Shown here: piece by piece, positions 7,530 to 12,843 of the stretch
Numbering within the stretch: the stretch's first letter is position 1
Layout: each line of letters starts with the position of its first letter
Origin: Pseudomonadota bacterium
Lineage (GTDB): Bacteria; Bdellovibrionota_B; Oligoflexia; Oligoflexales; RGVZ01
Direction: 5' to 3'
Length of the DNA: 12,843 nt
Assembly (NCBI GenBank): GCA_041178085.1
Contig: JBEGVZ010000079.1
Span: 1 to 12,843, forward strand
Program-made: the position numbers and the translations under genes
Notes under the pieces: generated by a model
The model's input: the letters and a program-made list of their open reading frames with translations, nothing else
Database searches by the model: none
What the model was told of the DNA's origin: nothing

Positions 7530-9461
7530 ATGGGATTTTGGCTGATCAACAGTATGCGCTTTCCTTTCCACTCGAAACTCTGGAAGTGGTACCGCCTTGC
7601 CATCCTGACCGCACTTGATTCCACGGTAGTCCTGCTCTCTGTCTGGGCTGCCTATGCGTTGAGACTCGAGAGCCTCTGGCCCCGGGATTACTCCCTGACG
7701 ATCTGGTACAGCCTCCCTGTTTATCTGGGAGCGTTTTTGTTCTCGTTCTTTGTTAACGGCGTCTACCGGCAAGTCTGGCGCTTTGCCAACTTCCGCAGTG
7801 CCCTTCTGATCGCGCGCAGCGTCGCCCTTGGGACGATCCTCGCCACGGCACTTTTGACGTTCGCCCGGCCTGAGCCAACTCCCCCAAGACTGATCCCGCT
7901 GCTGACCATGCTGCTAAGCTACGTGATCATCTCGATCACCCGGTTTTCCTGGCGCTGGGTTGCGGACTTGCAGGCGGCGGGGGCTTCCGAGACCTCCAAG
8001 CGGTGTATCATTTACGGCGCCGGGTCGGCGGGGGATCTACTCGCCCGTCAGGTCTTGACCAACTCGCGGTTTCCCTTCCGGATCGTTGGATTCATCGATG
8101 ACGACGCGAACAAAAAAAACCGCGTGCTGCACGGCCGGCGAATCCTGGGCACCGGCCACCAGCTGAAGGAAATCTGTCAGAAGCACGACGTTCAGGTCGT
8201 GATTCTTGCAATGCCTTCCGCCTCGGGCAAAGTCATCCGCTCGGCAGTGCACAGGTGCCACGAAGTCGGGATCAAGCCGCTCATCATGCCAGACATGTCC
8301 AGCGCGCTGGGCGACGATATCATCAAGCCCCGCCCGATTGATGTGGCGGACTTGCTCCGGCGAAATCCCAAAGCCATTGACTACGCAAGGATCCAAAGCC
8401 AGCTGGAAGACCGGACGGTTTTAATCACTGGCGGCGGCGGCTCTATAGGCTCGGAAATTGCGCGACAAGTGTTGCGCTGCAACCCCCGCGTTCTGATTCT
8501 CTTGGATTCCTCTGAATTCGCCCTTTACAAAATCGAGGAAGAGCTGCGCGCAAAAACAGATCACGATACGGAACTGCACTTTGTCCTTGGCCTTGCCAAC
8601 GACGTGCGGTTTATCGACAAGATCTTTGCCAGATTCAAGCCCGAAGTTGTCCTGCACGCCGCGGCATACAAACACGTCCCGCTGATCGAAGCCAACAAGC
8701 CAGCATCCATCACGAACAACCTTGGTGGCACCAAGGTGGTCGCCGAGGCCTCCATCCGCCACGGCGTCAAACGGTTCCTTTTGATCAGCACGGACAAGGC
8801 GGTAAGGCCGACCAGCATCATGGGGGCGAGCAAGCGCGCGTGTGAACTGATGATTCAGTCGCTTTACAAGTTGCAACCACCGACATCAAAATGCGTGTTT
8901 TGTGCCGTCAGGTTCGGCAACGTTCTGGGCAGTTCGGGGAGCGTCATCCCCAAATTCATGCAGCAAATCCAAAGCGGCGGGCCAGTAACCGTGACCCACC
9001 CTGAGGTCATGCGATATTTTATGCTGATCAGTGAGGCTGTCGGCCTTGTTTTGCAGGCGGCAACGATGGCCGAAGGCGGCGAAGTGTTTGTGCTCAACAT
9101 GGGTGAACAGGTCCAAATTTACAGCATGGCGAAGGATCTGATCCGCCTGTCCGGGAAGGAACCTCACAAGGACATCGAGATCATCTTCACGGGTCTGCGA
9201 CCGGGCGAAAAGCTTTACGAGGAACTGATCCTGGACGGGACCGAGAAACACCGGATGCACGATGACATTTACATCACAACGCCAAACTCTTTCGACCCGG
9301 CGGAAACACTGGGTTCACTCGACGAGATCCTGAAAGAAGCGACTGCTGGCAACGAGGATTCGTGCGTCAGGAAGTTGAAGTCCATGGTCGAGTGGCATTC
9401 CGCGCCCGAAGGTCACATTCCGGCGGAATACCGGTTGGAAGCCCCAATCCCCATTCACTGA
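7530..9461 (+). CDS. pglF: Membrane-anchored UDP-GlcNAc 4,6-dehydratase, PglF/CapD/WbpM family
   Basis: About four N-terminal TM segments, then IYGAGSAG, GFIDDD, ITGGGGSIG, HAAAYKHVP, STDKAV, MGASKR, VRFGNVLGSSGSV, RYFM and LRPGEKLYEEL. Start is ATG 7530 or 7554 rather than TTG 7476. Confidence 0.93.
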   Translation: MGFWLINSMRFPFHSKLWKWYRLAILTALDSTVVLLSVWAAYALRLESLWPRDYSLTIWYSLPVYLGAFLFSFFVNGVYRQVWRFANFRSALLIARSVALGTILATALLTFARPEPTPPRLIPLLTMLLSYVIISITRFSWRWVADLQAAGASETSKRCIIYGAGSAGDLLARQVLTNSRFPFRIVGFIDDDANKKNRVLHGRRILGTGHQLKEICQKHDVQVVILAMPSASGKVIRSAVHRCHEVGIKPLIMPDMSSALGDDIIKPRPIDVADLLRRNPKAIDYARIQSQLEDRTVLITGGGGSIGSEIARQVLRCNPRVLILLDSSEFALYKIEEELRAKTDHDTELHFVLGLANDVRFIDKIFARFKPEVVLHAAAYKHVPLIEANKPASITNNLGGTKVVAEASIRHGVKRFLLISTDKAVRPTSIMGASKRACELMIQSLYKLQPPTSKCVFCAVRFGNVLGSSGSVIPKFMQQIQSGGPVTVTHPEVMRYFMLISEAVGLVLQAATMAEGGEVFVLNMGEQVQIYSMAKDLIRLSGKEPHKDIEIIFTGLRPGEKLYEELILDGTEKHRMHDDIYITTPNSFDPAETLGSLDEILKEATAGNEDSCVRKLKSMVEWHSAPEGHIPAEYRLEAPIPIH

Positions 9462-10435
9462 CGATTATTGTTCAGCTCCGCTGCGACCGATTTGAGGCAG
9501 GCTGCGGTCGAAAGAAACCCCAGCTTGGCATAAGTCGCCTGGTGAATTGAATTGACCTCGAATGACTCGGTCAAGGCGCGCAGCCGGCCAGAACGTCGAT
9601 AAAGCGCCTGGAGCCAGCGCGGGGCCCGCCAACGGAGGTACCGTGGCAGGCTTCGTCCGTGAACCGCTGCATAAATAGCGTCGTAAACTTCGCCAGGGGC
9701 CATCGATCCAGGCTCATGTGGCGTGTAAACCCCAGCGGGCATCTTGCCCTGCAAAACAGCCTCGACAAGAAGGACAACATTACCTGCGCAAAGGAAATTT
9801 CTTTTGGCGGGAATGCCCCACAGCGGCAATGGGGCATGCAGCCCGGCGGCTGAAAAAAGATGGCGGATAGCGCCCTTCATGCCCAAACCATACATGGGGG
9901 GGAAACGGAATATGGTCAGGGCAGGAGTCCCGGGGCCGGCCAAGGCCGTCAGGGATTGTTCTGCAGCCAACTTTGACTGGCCATAGGGCGAGGAAGGGTT
10001 GCAGGCGGACCTTTCGTCAATCACCAGACCCGATAAATCCTCGCCGTAAACTTTTATCGAACTCGCAAGCATGAAATGTTTACTGCCGGCCTGGCAGGCC
10101 GCCTGCCAAACACGCAAAGCCAGGTCCCTGTTTACCTCAAAATAGGTCGCTCCAGTCCCAGGGCCCAGATGCGCGTGGGCCAGACCCGCAAGGTGAATCA
10201 CTGCACTTGCACCTGATATCCCCCGGGCAATCGCAGCCGGATCGTTGAAGTCAACCGGGTAACATCCTTCGGTGTGCGGCCGGGAAGGGCCCTCCCATTC
10301 ACGACACAACCTGATGACGCGCCAGCCAAGCTGTTCAAGACTTCTGGACAAAATCCGGCCTAAAAAACCGCTTGCGCCTGTGATCGCCACAACGCCGCAA
10401 GTCTGATCAACGGAATTTGCCGGTTGCCTCACCAC
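9455..10435 (-). CDS. NAD-dependent epimerase/dehydratase (extended SDR), resembling WbpV/WbpK-type nucleotide-sugar 4-reductases
   Basis: ITGASGFLG, VIHLAGLAH, ASSIKVYG, YGQSK (YxxxK) and FRFPPMYG. Start reassigned to GTG 10435 (or 10432), which has AAGG upstream. The track's 10699 start would overlap the divergent gene. Confidence 0.85.
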   Translation of the reverse strand: MVRQPANSVDQTCGVVAITGASGFLGRILSRSLEQLGWRVIRLCREWEGPSRPHTEGCYPVDFNDPAAIARGISGASAVIHLAGLAHAHLGPGTGATYFEVNRDLALRVWQAACQAGSKHFMLASSIKVYGEDLSGLVIDERSACNPSSPYGQSKLAAEQSLTALAGPGTPALTIFRFPPMYGLGMKGAIRHLFSAAGLHAPLPLWGIPAKRNFLCAGNVVLLVEAVLQGKMPAGVYTPHEPGSMAPGEVYDAIYAAVHGRSLPRYLRWRAPRWLQALYRRSGRLRALTESFEVNSIHQATYAKLGFLSTAACLKSVAAELNNNRQ

Positions 10436-10472
10436 GCGTTTGAACCTTAAATCAAAGAGCTCTAAAAAAGAC

Positions 10473-10498
10473 AGATTGCCAGAGAGATTACCAGAGAG
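10473..10498. repeat. 12-bp tandem direct repeat in the divergent intergenic region
   Basis: AGATTGCCAGAG followed by AGATTACCAGAG and AG: two copies, 11/12 identical. Confidence 0.7.
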
Positions 10499-10505
10499 TT
10501 TATCG

Positions 10506-11705
10506 ATGCAGCACTTCGACCTGGTCCTCGTCGCCGAATACTTTCGGACGGTTCCATATTTCACCAGCATCATCAGGCATTTGTCAAAAGAGTTCCGGAT
10601 TGCCGTCTTTCCCGTGCCGGTGGATCCGCGGACCGCAGGAAAAAATGACAAGGCACAGGCGGAGTTTTTGCGCTTATGCCAGGAACTGGGCGCAGTCATC
10701 GCCGGGCCGGACCAGATATCCGCCAGTCTCGTAATTGTGCCTCAGCGCCCCTACACCGCCGAAGCTGTTGCCCTGTTAAAATCCAACATCAGATCACGAA
10801 ATATCGTGGGTGCCCTTGCGTTCGCCTGGGCTGGAATGCCGGCCCAGGATCGCTTCATCGAGGAGTTCGGCATCAGGAAGGTCTATGCCATAGACATGGC
10901 ATTCTTGACGTACCTTTTGCGTGAGCGCCAAAATGCCACAACCTATGAAAACGTGGAAATCGCAGAAGTCGGGTTACCGTACGAGAAATACCCTGTCTTT
11001 GAAGACTTTTCGGCCGACTACATGCTGGCAATGCCGACCCCCTTCAGTTTCCCCCATGAGGAAGACAAATGGTTGTTCATGGAGACTGTGCTCGATTTGT
11101 TCAAAAAAATCCCTCCCAACGAGACGATCGTCCACAAACCTCACAATGGGTTGGACCGGGACCAATTCACCTCCAAGGGTCTTAATTGGTTAACCTGGGT
11201 TCTCGCCCCATTAATGCCGTTACTGCCGCGCTTGAAGCGATTCATCTCACCCGTGCCGCCAAAGGCAGGTTTTCGTCGCTTTATGGGTCGTCTCTATACT
11301 GCGTACCTTTACGAGAACGTTCTGCGGCGCGCTCGCCCGCTTTACCAGACAACCAGGTTTCATCAACTTGGCCTTGAGGTATTCCTGCCATTCATCAAGC
11401 GAGGCGTTATCGGCGGGTTGAGTAACACCATGTGGGGTTCCCTGTATTTCAAAAAGCCTTTTTATAACTGCGTCGACATCACCGTGCAAAACCGCGGTGA
11501 CAAGAACCGGCTCTACGGAAAAAAAGACCCAGGCGCCTTTCTGGACACGAACCTCAGGTATTTCGCGCTTCCCTACTGCCGGGGTATGCTGGAATTTGAT
11601 GAGGCTAATTTCGATAAGATCCCGGAAACATGTCGTAAAAGCGACCTGATCAAGCATATCGCCGCAGATATACGGTCTACCCCCGCTGGACCAGAGCCAC
11701 GTTGA
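10506..11705 (+). CDS. Hypothetical protein (~399 aa), possible GT-B-fold glycosyl/phosphotransferase
   Basis: Long ORF co-oriented with neuC. ATG 10506 begins a Rossmann-like strand (FDLVLVA). Later motifs EVGLPY, YMLAMPT, IVHKPH and GVIGGLSNTMWGSLYFKKP occur in GT-B-like order. The CDS is secure but the function is inferred. Confidence 0.7.
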   Translation: MQHFDLVLVAEYFRTVPYFTSIIRHLSKEFRIAVFPVPVDPRTAGKNDKAQAEFLRLCQELGAVIAGPDQISASLVIVPQRPYTAEAVALLKSNIRSRNIVGALAFAWAGMPAQDRFIEEFGIRKVYAIDMAFLTYLLRERQNATTYENVEIAEVGLPYEKYPVFEDFSADYMLAMPTPFSFPHEEDKWLFMETVLDLFKKIPPNETIVHKPHNGLDRDQFTSKGLNWLTWVLAPLMPLLPRLKRFISPVPPKAGFRRFMGRLYTAYLYENVLRRARPLYQTTRFHQLGLEVFLPFIKRGVIGGLSNTMWGSLYFKKPFYNCVDITVQNRGDKNRLYGKKDPGAFLDTNLRYFALPYCRGMLEFDEANFDKIPETCRKSDLIKHIAADIRSTPAGPEPR

Positions 11706-11715
11706 AGAATGTGCC

Positions 11716-11744
11716 TTGCAAAGCCGCCATTACCATCCTAAATT
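11716..11744 (+). promoter_or_regulatory. Putative sigma70-type promoter for neuC
   Basis: TTGCAA (11716-11721), 17-bp spacer, TAAATT (11739-11744) within the 72-bp gap, followed by CAGGA just upstream of ATG 11778. Confidence 0.5.
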
Positions 11745-11777
11745 CAGGGCCTTGCGACATACAGGCGGCAGGATTCG

Positions 11778-12842
11778 ATGGCTAAGAAAATATGTGTTCC
11801 GATCACCAACCGGACCAACTACTCCAAGCTCAAGCACATTCTCATTGAGCTTCGGGAGCGATTTGGACCGGACGCCCTGCACATAGTGGCCAGCTCCACC
11901 ATCCTCCTGGAACGTTACGGCAAGGCTTTTGAGGACCTCCTGCGCGACGGCTTCAAGATCGCCAAGAAAATTGACTGCATCCTGATGAACGACTCCCACG
12001 AGGCCATGGCGAAGACGACTGGCCTTTCCCTGATGGAGCACGCTTCGTTCTTTGGCGAATTGAAGCCTGACTTGATACTGGTTGTGGGAGACCGGTTCGA
12101 CATGCTTGCTCCGGTTGTCGCGGCCTCCATGATGAACATTCCCATGGCGCACATCCAGGGGGGAGAAACCAGCGGTACGATCGACAACACGGTTCGCAAC
12201 GTCATTTCAAAATTCGCGCGCCATCATTTTGTCGCCACCGATTTATCCCGTCAGCACTTGCTCGAGCAAGGCATCCCGGATCAGGCGATCCACAACTTCG
12301 GCTGTCCGGCAGTCGAGTACATCAGCAAAATTAAGGTTGGCGAATGTTTTGACAAGAACCGCCTCGCAAAACGATTCAAGCGCCAGATCAGCATATCTCC
12401 AGGCGACAAGTATCTTCTGGTCATGGTCCACCCCGACACAACGCAAGACAACGACGTCAACATGGACCGCCTGCTTGACGCCGTAGAATCGTTCAACATT
12501 CCAGCGTTCGTGTTTTACCCGAATGCAGATGCCAAGAACTTCCAAATCGTATCAGACATGGCAAGACACAAGGAAAACCCGAATTTTTACATGTTGCGCC
12601 ACATGCCATTGGAGGACTTTGTCCACACCATGGCCCATGCAGCCTGCATGATCGGAAACTCCAGCGCAGGAATCCGCGAAGCCGCTCTGTTTGGCACTCC
12701 CGTCATCAACATTGGCACGCGCCAGGCAGGTCGTGAACGCAACGCCAATGTGATCGACATGCCAGCCAGCATGGACAACATCAAAGAAACGATTGAGAAA
12801 CACATCAACTACCGCTTCCCGATCAAGAACATTTATTTCCGC
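11778..12842 (+). CDS. neuC: UDP-N-acetylglucosamine 2-epimerase, hydrolysing (NeuC/GNE/LegG family), 3'-truncated
   Basis: Not in the ORF track and translated by hand: 355 codons with no stop. MAKKICVPITNRTNYSKL...KPDLILVVGDRFD...AHIQGGETSGTIDNTVR...HPDT...YPNADA...MIGNSSAGIREA...PVINIGTRQAGRE. GDRF, GGE, GNSS and GxRQxGRE mark the hydrolysing clade. Confidence 0.93.
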   Translation, partial: MAKKICVPITNRTNYSKLKHILIELRERFGPDALHIVASSTILLERYGKAFEDLLRDGFKIAKKIDCILMNDSHEAMAKTTGLSLMEHASFFGELKPDLILVVGDRFDMLAPVVAASMMNIPMAHIQGGETSGTIDNTVRNVISKFARHHFVATDLSRQHLLEQGIPDQAIHNFGCPAVEYISKIKVGECFDKNRLAKRFKRQISISPGDKYLLVMVHPDTTQDNDVNMDRLLDAVESFNIPAFVFYPNADAKNFQIVSDMARHKENPNFYMLRHMPLEDFVHTMAHAACMIGNSSAGIREAALFGTPVINIGTRQAGRERNANVIDMPASMDNIKETIEKHINYRFPIKNIYFR

Positions 12843-12843
12843 G

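Noticed and set aside
10092..10108. Inverted repeat TGGCAGGC-C-GCCTGCCA
   Set aside because: It is inside the SDR coding sequence (WQAACQ), occurs once, and has a minimal loop and no U-tract.
10436..10699. N-terminal extensions of the SDR (to 10699) and the orphan (to 10440), giving an apparent head-to-head overlap
   Set aside because: Artefact of longest-ORF calling. Recognisable domain sequence begins near 10435 (-) and 10506 (+).
8112..11525. Homopolymers A8 (8112-8119), G7 (9896-9902), A7 (11103-11109) and A7 (11519-11525) as phase-variation tracts
   Set aside because: They are short, all reading frames are intact, and they are explained by Lys or Pro codons.
11730..12808. Several minus-strand ORFs at the right end
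   Set aside because: All are antisense to the uninterrupted neuC frame starting at 11778.
1..12843. CRISPR arrays, tRNA/rRNA, transposases, JUMPstart/ops element
   Set aside because: None was recognised by eye. The window is almost fully coding and its intergenic gaps are all under ~150 bp.

Overview
A bacterial surface-glycan locus with nine apparently intact CDSs, two of them cut by the window edges. In order: a tandem-GT2 glycosyltransferase (+, 5'-truncated); a minus-strand operon of a DUF2142/GT-C-like polytopic membrane protein, a second tandem-GT2 enzyme, wzm, and wzt with a C-terminal extra domain; a PglF/CapD/WbpM-type 4,6-dehydratase (+); an extended-SDR epimerase/reductase (-); an unassigned ~399-aa protein with degenerate GT-B-like motifs (+); and a hydrolysing UDP-GlcNAc 2-epimerase (neuC-like, +, 3'-truncated) that is absent from the supplied ORF track. 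I saw no RNA genes, mobile elements or CRISPR arrays. The best novelty candidates are the orphan protein beside neuC (possible new nonulosonic-acid transferase), the animal-GNE-like character of that NeuC, and the GT-C-like protein heading the wzm/wzt operon. The locus also switches strand four times with overlapping 3' ends. All family calls come from motif recognition by eye, not database searches.
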